A stretch of DNA of 53,204 nt, filler included, from Porpidia crustulata (Eukaryota), in NCBI GenBank assembly GCA_964255105.1. It is 4 parts of 4 records of this genome, joined end to end, with 100 filler letters (N's around TTAATTAATTAA, not from the genome) between each part and the next. Parts side by side here need not be neighbours in the genome. Positions count along the whole stretch, not along the records: positions 1 to 13,288 come from CAXUWE010000449.1; positions 13,389 to 26,641 come from CAXUWE010000450.1; 2 more parts are not named here. One strand, written 5' to 3'. The notes beneath the pieces were generated by a model. That model was not told the origin of the DNA. It worked only from the letters and a program-made list of their open reading frames with translations, and did not search any database. The translations under genes and the position numbers were made by a program. Below, in pieces: positions 11,308-23,101 of this stretch. How positions within the stretch are numbered: position 1 is the stretch's first letter; each line of letters starts with the position of its first letter.

Positions 11308-12495
11308 CTAAGTATAGTGATATTCGTCCAGTGGTATCGATTTTGTTCTCCGCGCGTTACCCATCAATTTATCTTGAGGTCTTCTCCTCATGAGCAAATA
11401 CGTCACCACCGTTGTAGCCGTTAACGGGACTGTCATTGCCCAGTACATCCAAAAACCTGTATTGTTCAAAACACCATTTTCGAAATAGGACATACTCATA
11501 ATGGAGGAGACAAAGGTTCCGGGCAAGCCAACCAATGTAGCCAATGAGATTATGTTCATAGAAGCACTTTCATGATTTTGCTTTGCCACAATTGAGTCAA
11601 GATAATCGTCGTGGTACAAATTTTGATCTTTGGAAAGCCGAATCAAGTTGGTGTAATCATCTTCTAGTTGCTGCCGTTTTTTCAGGAGAGAGAGCATCTG
11701 ATGCTTCAATTCAGGTAAATTCATATTCTCCAAGTCGATCGTCTCGGGGTCCAAAAGTGGCGTTTCATCTGCCAGCCAGGCTTCAATCTTCAATCTGTCA
11801 GTGTCGGACATTGACAGTATTTCGGATTTTAAGGAAGCAGCCCGTGAGAATGCGGCATGATCTTCTTCGCAGATTTCGGAGACGAGCTGCAACGTGTCCA
11901 CGTCGGTGATTGTGGTAATGCGCTTGGTCATTGCCGATTCCTGCAGTACTATAGGTGCCATAGACTTTGTAATTTCTTGAAGGCCATCGACCAATTCCTT
12001 GATATGTGAAACGAGTTCTGCGAACTTCTTCCGATCTCTTATCACCCATCTCGCCTTCTGCCCCATTTTTAACCCTCTCCCCTCGGGAAGACCATTTTGA
12101 AAGTGCAAGAAGGCAGCAGCAAGAGGGTTCGTGAGGTCCTCTTCTTCACCACCTGCTATCGCCAATGCTGTGGCTTTTCGGCAGCCATAACGTTCTTGGA
12201 TTCTCTCGGAGTCGTTGAATAAGTCGTGCAACGTTTGTAGGGTCTGAACAACAAGGCCTTTGAATTGGAACGAGTCAAGATGGCGAGGCTCGTCACACTG
12301 TGATGTGCTCGTCAGTCCCATCATCTGACCCCATGTATACAGTCTACATTTCTCAATATTGAATTTCACAAGCAGACGATTGTAGTCGGCTTCTTGGTGA
12401 CGCGCAGCTTGCACCAGGTCAAATGCATCGACACATGCTTTGAAGAGCGCACTAATAGTCAAGGCACTCGCAAAGATACCAATTGCCTCTGCCAT
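11308..12495 (-). CDS. HeLo (prion-inhibition and propagation) domain protein with C-terminal CorA-like two-transmembrane module
   Basis: Likely ATG at 12495 (MAEAIGIFASALTISALFKACVDAF), 395 aa, no introns. HeLo hallmarks: hydrophobic N-terminal helix, KFNIEKCRLYTWG, ERYG, KARWVIRDRKKFAELV..IKELVDGL. The C-terminus ESASMNIISLATLVGLPGTFVSSIMSMSYF...FWMYWAMTVPLT resembles the TM1/TM2 region of fungal CorA-like proteins. Confidence 0.8.
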   Translation of the reverse strand: MAEAIGIFASALTISALFKACVDAFDLVQAARHQEADYNRLLVKFNIEKCRLYTWGQMMGLTSTSQCDEPRHLDSFQFKGLVVQTLQTLHDLFNDSERIQERYGCRKATALAIAGGEEEDLTNPLAAAFLHFQNGLPEGRGLKMGQKARWVIRDRKKFAELVSHIKELVDGLQEITKSMAPIVLQESAMTKRITTITDVDTLQLVSEICEEDHAAFSRAASLKSEILSMSDTDRLKIEAWLADETPLLDPETIDLENMNLPELKHQMLSLLKKRQQLEDDYTNLIRLSKDQNLYHDDYLDSIVAKQNHESASMNIISLATLVGLPGTFVSSIMSMSYFENGVLNNTGFWMYWAMTVPLTATTVVTYLLMRRRPQDKLMGNARRTKSIPLDEYHYT

Positions 12496-13130
12496 GTTGG
12501 AGAACTTTCGGAGAAAGGTTCTTGTCGTAAAGGCAACGCGTGCTAATTGATAGTTCAAGAGAGCAGCAATGTGCAGTTGGCAGAGATTAGCGAGTAGGCT
12601 CGGCAATGGGCGTTGTGATGCTACGCTGCACAGCCACTCACAAGAGGTGCCAAAAGTCATTGGAGTAGCTAAGTCGAGGTAGCTAGACTAAGAGCTCTAA
12701 TGATTTTTGGCATCCCCGATTATCCATCCAGACTGGCGCGCTACGAGGATGGGAGGATGGCACGATGGCTAATGGCAGCAATTTACTGTAATTAGGTTTG
12801 ATGGCTGGAAGTTGGGATTAGTAGCCCACCTCCATATGAATGTATGGCTCTGCCCGATTCCAGGCTTCTTTGCCCTAGTATTTTAATTAAAGCAGTACTA
12901 CAGTACCATAGCTCAAGTTGGTGGACGTGATTGGAACAAGGAGGCAGGAATTTCATGTTCAACCGTAGGGGTATTTCTCGTAAAGTCGTTGGTAGCACGA
13001 GGCGAGCCACTCCCCAACTTTCACACCATCATCGACCTGAACGATCGTGGGATTTACGGCTCCACCATCTCTCAAATGCTAAGCTCAAAGTCCCCGTGCT
13101 GGTAAGAAGAAAGCCCCAAGTACGAGTAGC

Positions 13131-13288
13131 ATGACGCTCTGGATGCTTCGTCAAGCTATTCGCTCCTTGCAAGACAGCCTGGCACCGAAGCCTCGAGGGA
13201 AAGCACTGTACCACCACAGCAAGCGCAGACCGTGCCGACCCTATATCTCTTCTACACTCACCCTCAAATCGCCGTCCCCACTTCCTCC
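13131..13288 (+). CDS. Possible 5' end of a gene truncated at the contig end (basic, presequence-like N-terminus)
   Basis: The ORF MTLWMLRQAIRSLQDSLAPKPRGK... stays open to the linker and is rich in R/K/S/L. No recognisable domain. Confidence 0.25.
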
Positions 13289-13388
13289 NNNNNNNNNNNN
13301 NNNNNNNNNNNNNNNNNNNNNNNNNNNNNNNNTTAATTAATTAANNNNNNNNNNNNNNNNNNNNNNNNNNNNNNNNNNNNNNNNNNNN
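13289..13388. other. Artificial contig linker N44-TTAATTAATTAA-N44
   Basis: Exactly 100 nt; the 12-mer gives stops in all six frames; identical to the other two linkers. Confidence 0.98.
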
Positions 13389-15139
13389 TCCTCGTAGCAT
13401 CCGACGTTGATGCAGCTGACGCCGAGGTTGTACCGGGCGCGCACGAAGTTGGGCCGTAGCGTGAGGGCGCGCTCGTACGCGGCGATGGCCTCCTCGCTGC
13501 GGCCGCTGTTGGCCAGGGTGGCGCCGAGCCGGTTCCAGAGTAGGTGGGCGTGGCCGGGACTGTTGCTGGCGCCGGCCTCGGTGCTGGCGAGGGCCGCGTC
13601 GAAGCAATCGACCGCTTTGGCGTACTCCTCGGCGCCGTAGAAGAGGACGCCGAGGCCGACTTGGACGTCTGGGTCCATGTGTTCGCCGCCGGGCGAAAGT
13701 TGCGCGGCGGAGATGAAGAGGGCGGTGACTTTTTGGTGGAGGTCGTGGCGGTCGGTGAAGCCCATGTCTGTGTCGGGGGTCAGGGAGGCGGGCGAGATGA
13801 TTTGGGGGTATTTGGTTGCGAGCCAGCGTTCCAGCGTCCGATAAGCGGTAGCGTCGTAGCCGTCGTTGGTGTATGAGATTGCAAGGCCCATGAGGGCATC
13901 TAGGTTTGTGGGATCGAGTTTCAGGGCTTGTTCGAGAGCACGGATGGCGGGGGTTTCTTTTTCGTTTTGGGCTTGGGCGGTGCCTAGGGCGGCCCAGGCG
14001 TCGACATGTTGAGGTGATTGTTGCACAGCGGCTTCAAAAGCAAGGGCGGCCAGCGAGAGATTGCCGCCTTCGGACATGATCTTTTGACCCTCGACAAACG
14101 GATCTTTGGTGGTAGAGAAGACGTTTTCTTCTTCGAAGAGATAATTTCCAAGTTGGGGATCTCGATAACCGTCATTGAATTGGCTATCAAAGCCATCCCA
14201 GGTGTCATAATCGCGTAGAGGCATGCCGTCATTCATGCGGAATTGGTCTTCGTTGGCCATTTGCCTGGCCGCCGCTGTTTCAGCTTGGATGCTGCGCCAG
14301 ACACTCTCGAAATCGCCAAAGTCATTGGTTTCGGAGAGGACTGACCTATCTATGTCACTGAGTTCCCTTTCCATGGCGGCTTCGGCTTCGGCATCGAGCT
14401 CCTGCTGGCCTACGGCGTCAATCTGGGCAAATTGCTGTTCCCAGTCCTGGTCGTCTAATTCGACCATCCGGGCCTTCCCTTTTCCAACTGCTGTAGCATC
14501 ACCCGGTCGTTGTTGAACAGGGAAATTTCCGTACTGAGGCCCGATTGTTCCCATGTTTGTGCCATATCCCATGCCCATAGGCCTCTGGTATCCGGACATA
14601 GCCATAGGCGTCTGCGACACTGGACTCGATAACCTTGCAGGAGCATTCCTCTCCATCTGTTGAAATCGCTGAAACTCTGCTGGGCTGAACCCTGCTGGCA
14701 CCAGTCCCCCACCCTTTGGCATCTGGAATGCAGCTTCCATGCGTGCCTGTTCTGCAGGGTCGTACTCGGTCGCCCACGCTGGCGATCCTGTGTTTGGTGA
14801 ACCTATCCTGTAGTTTTCGAGATCTTTTCGCATTTGTTCCATGGCAAATGGCTGAGGAGCGTCTTGATAGAGTTGGCCATTCTGTTGTAGGAAATTTTGC
14901 ATCATCTGCAAGTAAACATTCAGTAACGTACATCAGTAGTTACGCTGCAGTCGAGCATAGGGCTTTACCTCGTCTTGGCCCGGTCCGTTTCTTTGGCTTC
15001 TGAAGCTCTCCTGTAAGCTCCCTGAGCCCTGGCCCACCAATCTATCCCGCTGCAAAGACTTATCATCCTGGACATGTTTCGTAAACTGGGAGAGAGGATT
15101 GCCGGCCGATGAGCATTCGGCGCCGCCGAGGAAGGACAT
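13389..15139 (-). CDS. PEX5: Peroxisomal PTS1 receptor Pex5 (TPR), 3' end truncated at the contig end
   Basis: Exon 1 15139-14969 (MSFLGGAECSSAGNPLSQFTK, with the conserved N-terminal Cys), intron 14968-14906, exon 2 14905-13389. WxxxF/Y motifs (WATEY, WEQQF). TPR motifs LAFEAAVQ, QAQNEKE and LWNRLGATLANSGRSEEAIAAYERAL..PNFVRARYNLGVSCIN. Confidence 0.95.
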
Positions 15140-15627
15140 GCCAACTTGGTTTGTTTTATGTTTGGCTAGATTGGACAAAGGAAATACAGAAAAGAGTCAA
15201 GAGGGATTAATTTTACTGGACACCTGAGAACTCTAATGGTTATTAAGTATTTGAAGCGCGAGGTGGTTCTTTGGACATTACTCCGTCGTCACAGGCGAGT
15301 ATCTATGGTTAGCCGAGGTCTATTCTTTGATATTACATATAGCTGCGCTTCCGAAACCTCGACAATCATGCATGACATCCGGATCACTGCTCAATCTTTC
15401 ATCATTCATAGAGAGGTGATTATTTGCTCGGTATCATGGCTAGTATGTATTGTACAGTGAAATGTGCCGGAGGACTAGAAGTGAAATACAGGACGGAGAA
15501 GGCCAATTTGGCAAAAGCAGCGCAAATCGCTCCACACTATTCTTCTATTATGACCAACTGCCACAGATGCACAGCAGAAGTCTCCCCAAACACCAGACTG
15601 TTCCCACTACCACCTCACAACCCTCTA

Positions 15628-16725
15628 TTACTGAATTTCAGATGGGGGCATGGCCGAGCGCCCACTTGACGTGCTGTAGTCAACCCTTAGAATCCTACCA
15701 TTTACTTCCTTACCCGCCAGTATTGCAAGCGCCTGCTCCGCACTTGATACATCAGTGAAATCGGCGTGAGCAAAACCTCTTGGTTGACCAGTTCTTCGAT
15801 CAATGGCCACGCGGACATCTATCACGTTCTTGATTTCACGGAACAAGTTATTCAAGTCACGATCGGACATATCAAAAGCCATATTTCCAATGAAAAGGGT
15901 CTTGGTAGGTTCCGAAGGTCCTCTATTAGCAGTCGGTCGGGATCCAGTCTGCGTGCGGCCAGCGGAAAACTGCACTGACAGACGACGGCCCTCGAAAGTC
16001 TGCATGTTGAACATATCAATGGCTGTCTTGGCAGCGTCGGTACTGGAGAAATCCACGTAGCCGAACCTTTACAATTGTTTTATCAGTGTGGCAACGACAT
16101 GAACGTTCTCGGGATGCTCACCCTTTGCTAAGTCCCCTTTGGTCGTAGATAATCTTGACGTTTTCTACACCGCCGGCTTTGGCAAATTCTTGCCTCAGGT
16201 CTTCTGCCGTAACGTCAAAGAAAAGGTTCCCGACGTAGACGCTATTCGATGCTACGGGCTCGGGTCTGGATGATCGTTCGCCACCAGTCATGAACGAGGT
16301 CGCAGTCCGTGCCGCAGATCCAATAGACTCCGTAGCAGCAGACGCCCGGTCAGATGCTGTATGAGCCGCAGACTTCACGGCTTCAGCCACAGTGGATTGG
16401 TCGTGGTGATCCGCAGAGGTAGGTGCCTCAGCCTCGGAAGCGTTGGCGATTGAGTTCTCCCCATGTTGCGCCTCCGCGGCGCCGTCAGCTTCAGGCTCCG
16501 CCTGTGTGACCTCCTCGCTTGCCCATCGTTTTTGTAGTGGTGAAACTTTTGAGCCAAGGCTAGCGATGCGAAAGATTGATGGGCTAAGAGTAGTAATCGA
16601 TCGAGGCCTGGCTGATATAGATATTGACGGAGAGGAGAGGGCGCGGAAGGCGACACGGCGTAGACAGTACCTTGCCATGACAAATTAGCAAAGTAGACAC
16701 AGGCGAACGCGTCCGAAACATACAT
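15628..16725 (-). CDS. Two-RRM RNA-binding protein with probable mitochondrial presequence
   Basis: Probable exons 16725-16724 (AT), 16670-16122 and 16066-15628. RNP2/RNP1 motifs VYVGNL / KGFGYVDF (spanning intron 16121-16067) and LFIGNM / RGFAHADF. The N-terminus is R/S/L-rich and lacks acidic residues. Confidence 0.85.
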
Positions 16726-17230
16726 GATGATGTGATAGTCAAGCGGATTAGTATGGCGACGGATTACTTGGAGCGAGTGAGAGGTGGTCGGGTTGATTTA
16801 TGTATAGGAATCTCGTCTTGACAATTTTGCATTGTACTTTTACCCAAGAACTTTTCTTAGCGTATTTTACAGAAGTTTGAAGATGAGCTAAGCTAGTATA
16901 GGTTAAGACAAATATTGAGGTAAATGATTTTAATTCGACAAGAGCTTCAAGATGAACAAGAAACTTTTCCATCGTTTCAGTGGTTAGCTACTATTGGACT
17001 TGATCAAAACAAACAAAATACCCTCTCGCTATGCATGAACTACGACCGACATTATTCCAATGACTCGGTAGTATAACACAATTCAATTACAGATAGGTCT
17101 CGCGGACCTAACCTCGTTGCAGTTGATTTCAGTATATACAAGTTTTTGGCACTCTTACAAAACTTCGCACTCATTACCAACGTGCTAGCCATGTCTCCTC
17201 TCATTTGTGGACCATTTCTTTTCCGTCACC

Positions 17231-19395
17231 CTATGGCATCGACAGAAACTTCAGCAACAGCCTTGGGAAATTTGGGGTACCCAGGCTACGTGATGTTAGC
17301 TACGATCTGTGAGCATAAACAGAAGACTTACCCAGTAACAGGATCCCATCCAGTGACAGCCTGGAATCCGGGTGTTCCACAGCCCTGGTTCCCACCCATC
17401 GTGATGTCATTAAGTGTGTTAGGGTTGGCATACAAGGTCGGGTTGATAAATCCAACAGACCCCTTGCCAAGATTGTACCTGGCCTCATTGATGAGGGTGA
17501 TGATTGAACCGACGGTGGGAGATGAAGCTGACGTGCCTGCCGATTCAATTAACAATTGCAGGCACCAAAGCGTTAGACAAGTTATTACCGAAAACAAGGG
17601 AGAATTTCCCATCGATCGCAACAATGTAGTTGGCACCGTTGGCACTGATATCAGGGAAGCCACGAGATTGCTGCGTATTGTTGTAGCGATCGGCACCGTA
17701 TGGTGGTGGGTGATTTGCAAAGTATGATTTGACAGCAGCTGCCTGATAGCTAGGAAGTCCAAATACGTTGGAGAAGCCACCGCCCGAGTATATAACAGTC
17801 TCGCAGGCCTCCTCCGGTGCAGTGACTGAAGCACCGGGAACTATCTGGGTAGCGCCGACAGAAGTGATGTACGGACAAGTTCCTGGGAAAGACGGCTAAA
17901 AAACGTGTCAGCGAATTGCATCCCTGAAACGTCGAAGCGGTACACTTACATTGAAAAGCCCCGAAGTTCCGTTGTTGAGCTGATGAGTTGCCGGGTCGAT
18001 GCACTGTCCACCATTCCCTGTACATACTTTAGTATTTGATCTGAGGTTATCACGTAGTCAACAATTACCTGCAACACCGTAGTCTCCTGATGAGTAAAGG
18101 ACCGTTGTTCCGGCGAGTCCTAACTTCATGTACTCCGCACACTGGCGCATCTCGTAAAAAGGCGTCAGATCTACCTCATTGTAGCCGTACGAAGTAGAGA
18201 TGACTTTAGTCGCCGCAAACCCACCACAATTTTCAGGACCGGTGTAGCCGCCTGGGAACGGATCGGGGTAGACTGCATCTTGCGTGGGGTCATCTCCTCC
18301 TTCAAAAGTACAGTACGACCCATCGATAGCGTCAAGGAAGTTGTTGAAAGATGCACCCTCGACAAGGTCACCAACCTGGTACAAGGTAACTTTCTGTGGG
18401 TTGACGAGCGACATTGCATATTCAAGGTCGAGATCGGATTCACCGTTGTATTGAAAGCCCTGAGCTTGGGTCTGGTCGACACCGCCGTCGATGGAGTCGA
18501 GGATAGGGGTTCTTTGTACTTGGGCCTTGGAGAAGTTGGCGAAGAAAAGATCCAAATCCCCTTGGAGGTATGCTTGAGGGGTGTACTCAACAATCCCGTA
18601 GCTATTCTTTGGATTTGCGGTAAATCCTGGGGGGAACTCATAGAGTGCTCTGAGGCAGTTGGGCGTGATATATTTATTACAATTCTTGAGCTCATCCAGG
18701 ATACCCTTAATATTAATATCTGTACCTTTCTTAGGTAGAGACCCAGAATTTGGCGAACCGACGCCCAAGGCAGCTTTATCCCTCACGGGGACGCCGGCTG
18801 CAGCTGTTGGAACCTCCCGCTGCTCGAGTTTATTCATATCTACCGCTGCCTGCGGAATTTTGGTATCGAAATGGACCGTTGGGGTAATGAAGTCCAGATG
18901 GGGGGCAACATGCTCGGGAATATGGTATTTCGAGCAAGCAACATGTGGCTTGCCACTCGCATGTTTGTAGATGTGGTACTTTGTCTGGAGAAGGTTCTCG
19001 GCTTCTTTGATAGTAGCATCAAAATTCAACCAGCCAAGAGATTGAGAGCGCGATATCCGATCCGGGTTGATACCAGCCGATTGCAACCACTCCGTGACAG
19101 AGTCAACTGATGCCTGGCTCGGCGCAAATGTTTCTGCTATTCGCTGCGCTGTCCAATGTTGTCCAAATTTCTCGGATTCTGGGTGCGAGACTTCCATTAA
19201 GTACTCATCTGCCTTGTCCAAATTTCCTTGAGTAAGTGCAATCCGCATGGGTAAGACTTCATCGCCCGTAGGCTTTGCATATCTCGTCCATCCTTGAGGG
19301 AGTCTGTCACGCTTTTCATGTAAGACATGGTTTGATGAGGGCGCAGCAGCAATGCTGGCGACTAAGGCACCAAGAGTCAATAGGGAAAGATGCAT
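17231..19395 (-). CDS. Secreted sedolisin-family (S53) tripeptidyl peptidase
   Basis: Exons 19395-18069, 18017-17950, 17895-17589, 17536-17332 and 17285-17231. Signal peptide MHLSLLTLGALVASIAAA, then a pro-domain. Catalytic motifs GESDLDLEY, SSGDYG and GTSASSP; Ca-binding end GWDPVTGLGTPNF. Confidence 0.93.
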
Positions 19396-20731
19396 GGTTG
19401 AAAGGATATTGATAGGATAGGCGCAGAAGCCAAGAAAGAATGAGAGGGGAGAGGAACTTTTATGTCACTTCGGACCCACGGCGATGCTCTTCCTCTCCTA
19501 GCCAGCTTTACATACCATAGTCGCGATGAACAAATCCTCTGCATACGGAAGGAGCTTGAAATCAAGTGGTCCGTCAGCTGGTTAGGGAGGCAATCTAGGT
19601 TTAGATAAACAGACCGGCGTGCCAATTCGTAATTCGTGTGGTCCAGCATGTCGACAATAATCTTTTACGCATGCACGACCTTATCATTGGGAACCAATAG
19701 GTAGGGGGCAAAGCTGCTAATTGGTACACAGGAAGGTCTCTTTGCGTGGTATTCAGGGATGACTCTAATCATGAACCACACCAACACCCATCGTAAATAC
19801 AAGTATTGTCCACGAAAGGAAGGAGAGGCTCCAAATGAAGGTCCGATAAAGACTAGTCTTCGGCACTGAATGGTTCAGTCCGTGGAGTCGCAGCTTGCTC
19901 GCTTGGTCGACATATGCGGCAGGTGTGTTCACGAGGGATGGTCCCTACGGACCATGATATTACTGCTCCCATGACATCAATACCGTTACGACGCAGTGAG
20001 GACACCCTCAGCATGCGGATGAGAAGAGTGGGAGGCGTGAGCTGCAGGTACTGAGACATCCACAGCCTTTCGTTGCCCACAGATCTGTTGTGGAGATGGT
20101 CTATTGTCGTGTGGATGATCATCCGTCATCGCCCCGCATTACTATGATGATATCTAATAGATAGAGATAAAATGCGAGTACTCGTTCGCCTGCAATCCGA
20201 ATTAGTCGAAAGACAGCCTCGGACCTGCTACAATGGGTTACTGCGATAACACTTGCATACCTCTGCTCCGATTATTCTCGACTCTCAACCTTACTTTTTT
20301 GGCTCAGATGTTGTAGAGCAAGACGTACGATACCCGAAGCTGTGGACAGACTTCCAATCATGTTGATCAGCTCGATGCCTAGATAACCGCCCGTGTAAGC
20401 CGTAGATCTGGTTAGGATGACGGCTCGGGCGACGGTTATTTTGACGAGGGAAAGGTCTGGCCAAGAACGAAATCATGTTTACTCGCTAAAGTAAGAAATT
20501 TTGATTAATTGCTACCTGAGTAACTAGATCTATGAGATATCTAAGATCCTAGGCTCGTGATATATTTTACAATGCTGTAGTCCCAACATACCGGGCATCT
20601 CACAAAATTGATGACATATTGACTTTACACTCACACAACTGATCCTATTCCACCTCTTCCGGATGAGCGACCAACAATCTAAACTCCGATACGCCCGTTC
20701 GAATCAGAGAAACTAGACAGTACGATGTGAC

Positions 20732-22255
20732 TTAAGTGCTGGGGCTTGCAGAATTATCGCCGCCAACGAATTCCCTATTCCAGCTCATGATATGGTCCCT
20801 ATTCTTCGCTCTTCTTTGTCCATCAGCAGATCGGTGTGGAGAATCCAAATTTGCCGTCATAAGATTCTCGCCGGGTTGCGGTGACGGAAGCTGTTGTACA
20901 GCCGCGATTGACGGTGAATTAGGCTTGTTGATAGGCAGATGCTCCGGTTTCAGGGATAGCTCAGAGATCTCCTCCGCAGGGACCCCGGCAAGTTCTGGAG
21001 GGTTCCCTGCAGGGCTAGGAGTCGACCAAGTCATATCGTGATCAGGGCGAACCATAGAGCTGTCGGCTTCCAGCACCCTCTCTCCGGGCGTGTCTGGGTG
21101 CACTGGTGAGACTGGAGGCTTCTTCTCCAGATTGCTATCGGTACCTGCAGCACTCCCTTCAGAGCTCACACAAGACTCGTGGTTTCTTACTCTAGTGTTT
21201 GCCGAACCGTTGGCGTACAGTCCTAGGTACAGATTAGTGAGCTGCATGTCCCTAGTCTACCGAAAGAACATGGTGTACGCAAAATCTTGCATTACGTGAT
21301 ATAATCTAGTCAATTTAACCTCCGGAGCTGATAGCATGTCACACAGATCACAGTGGGGAGCGTTTTCAGATGAAAGTGAGACGCTCAAATCTTCTTAAAA
21401 CTTACCACTAAGCCGCCCAAATGTTTCTCCTGCTCGGTTCGCATCGATACCCTGAAATCTTGGGTCGTTATCATACGCCTGTCTTTTCTTTTCTTCTGCT
21501 GTACTTTTGGCACGTCGCCACCGCCAGAGTAGCCAGAGTAGTATGACTGCTGCGAGAATGCCTCCTAGTCCACCCCCAGTAGCACCAGCTATAATAGACG
21601 TATTCGATGTTGTACCACTATCTGGGGACACGGTAAATTTGGGCGGCGTCGCGATTACCGGTAGTGACGAGCTAGGTCCAGAGGCCACGATCAAGGAAGT
21701 GGAAGTGGAAGTGGTGAGTGATCGCATAGGAGACAGAGTTACCCCATGGCTTGTTGGTGTTAGGTAGATCACAGAGGTAATGAGTATAGTCACAGGAGCC
21801 TCGATAGATGTTGCCAATGAAGTCGTCTGAGAATTAGTGTCGTATGGGGATGTCGAGGCACTCTGTCTGTCGGCCGAGGTCGGTAGGTCTGACGAGCTTG
21901 CTGTCTGTGTAGGGGCCGGGTTTTCACTTGAACTCTGTGTTGAGGTAGGGGCGGCAATTGAACCTGGATCTTGTGTCGTTGGAAATACGATCGAGGTCAG
22001 GCTCATACTAGAGGGCGTTGTAACCGTAATAATCGGGGCAGCTCCTGTTTGAGAGTCTATTGAAGATGAAGTCTGGGTTGCTGAGTCCGGACAGCCGTGG
22101 CTAACGCAAGCGTCCACTGAACAACAGCCAAGATATTGGATTGAAGCGCAAGTATAGTACTTATATGGAAGAATACAGGTCAGATCTCTGGGCAGTTGCT
22201 CGTGCATTTTTGTCGGCCATGGACGGTTCGACGCCATATCTTGAAGACTCATCAT
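20732..22255 (-). CDS. Single-pass membrane protein: N-terminal 6-Cys module, Ser/Thr-rich stalk, TM helix, cytoplasmic tail (Mid2/Wsc-like layout)
   Basis: Exon ~22255-21406, intron 21405-21223 (GTAAGT..CTAAT..TAG), exon 21222-20732. Cys module CILPYKYYTC..YLGCCSVDACVSHGCP; TM IIAGATGGGLGGILAAVILLWLLW followed by RWRR. Start codon uncertain (22255, 22252 or 22237). Confidence 0.7.
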
Positions 22256-23101
22256 GCAAACGAAAGCATAGGACAATGCCTCACATATGATTTAGGGTGA
22301 GATAGAAATTGAAGATATTCAGAGTGGGGACGGAATGCTGGGACTTTTTGAGAGTGAAAGTTCAAGAAGTAAATAGTACTACCATTTCAGTGTTTCACCG
22401 ATGTTAGGGTCCTATTGCCATCCCAAAAGATTGAGGCGATTCCCGGGACTAGTCGAAAGAGTGAACGGAAAATTACTCGCGATGATCCTCTTTTTCAGAC
22501 ACTCTTTGAGACCTGTCTTGCTTCTTTGATCACGCATTGCTTTACGATAGAAAAGCAACCACAATGATGCTGTCAATACCTTTAGTCTGTAAATCAGACA
22601 CAAACAAGATCTACATATAACGTTCTTGTCTGCTCATACAACTGCCTTTTTTGCTTTCAGATCTTGCTGCTCAACATATCTCCAATGTTCCCAAGTAAGA
22701 CACTACAATAGATAAGATACCTGGGGCGATCCATATCCATATGCATCTATCCGTCGGTAGGAGACACAACGGTACCTCTGGATTCATACTATCTGACCAT
22801 CAATCTGGAGATCTAGATGGAGCATTTTCGAAGGAAGCAGCGACCTACCTTGACTCCTGCGTCAAACGTAGAACCGAGTGCAGATCCTTCTCTTAGCTAT
22901 GGGTTGCCTCATACAGTACAATCCTGGTAAAGTGACTGAAAATATGAGTCCTGAACAGTTGTATGTAGAGCTAATTTGCAAGTATCAGAAAATAAGTATG
23001 GAGGTAGACGCTCTCAGGTGGACATGTATCGTAATGGGGAGTTTAGTACAACGTCGAACACTAGGAGTTGATGCAGTTGACTCGGTTGAATGCAATTTCG
23101 A

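Noticed and set aside
13333..13344. TTAATTAATTAA as a biological repeat or transposon target site
   Set aside because: It is embedded in Ns and identical at all three gaps, so it is an artificial six-frame-stop linker.
17146..17727. 193-aa + strand ORF and similar antisense or alternate-frame ORFs (9408-9797, 18280-18738, 34826-35272, 48009-48452, 52314-52889)
   Set aside because: These are shadow ORFs overlapping well-supported genes, with no recognisable domains.
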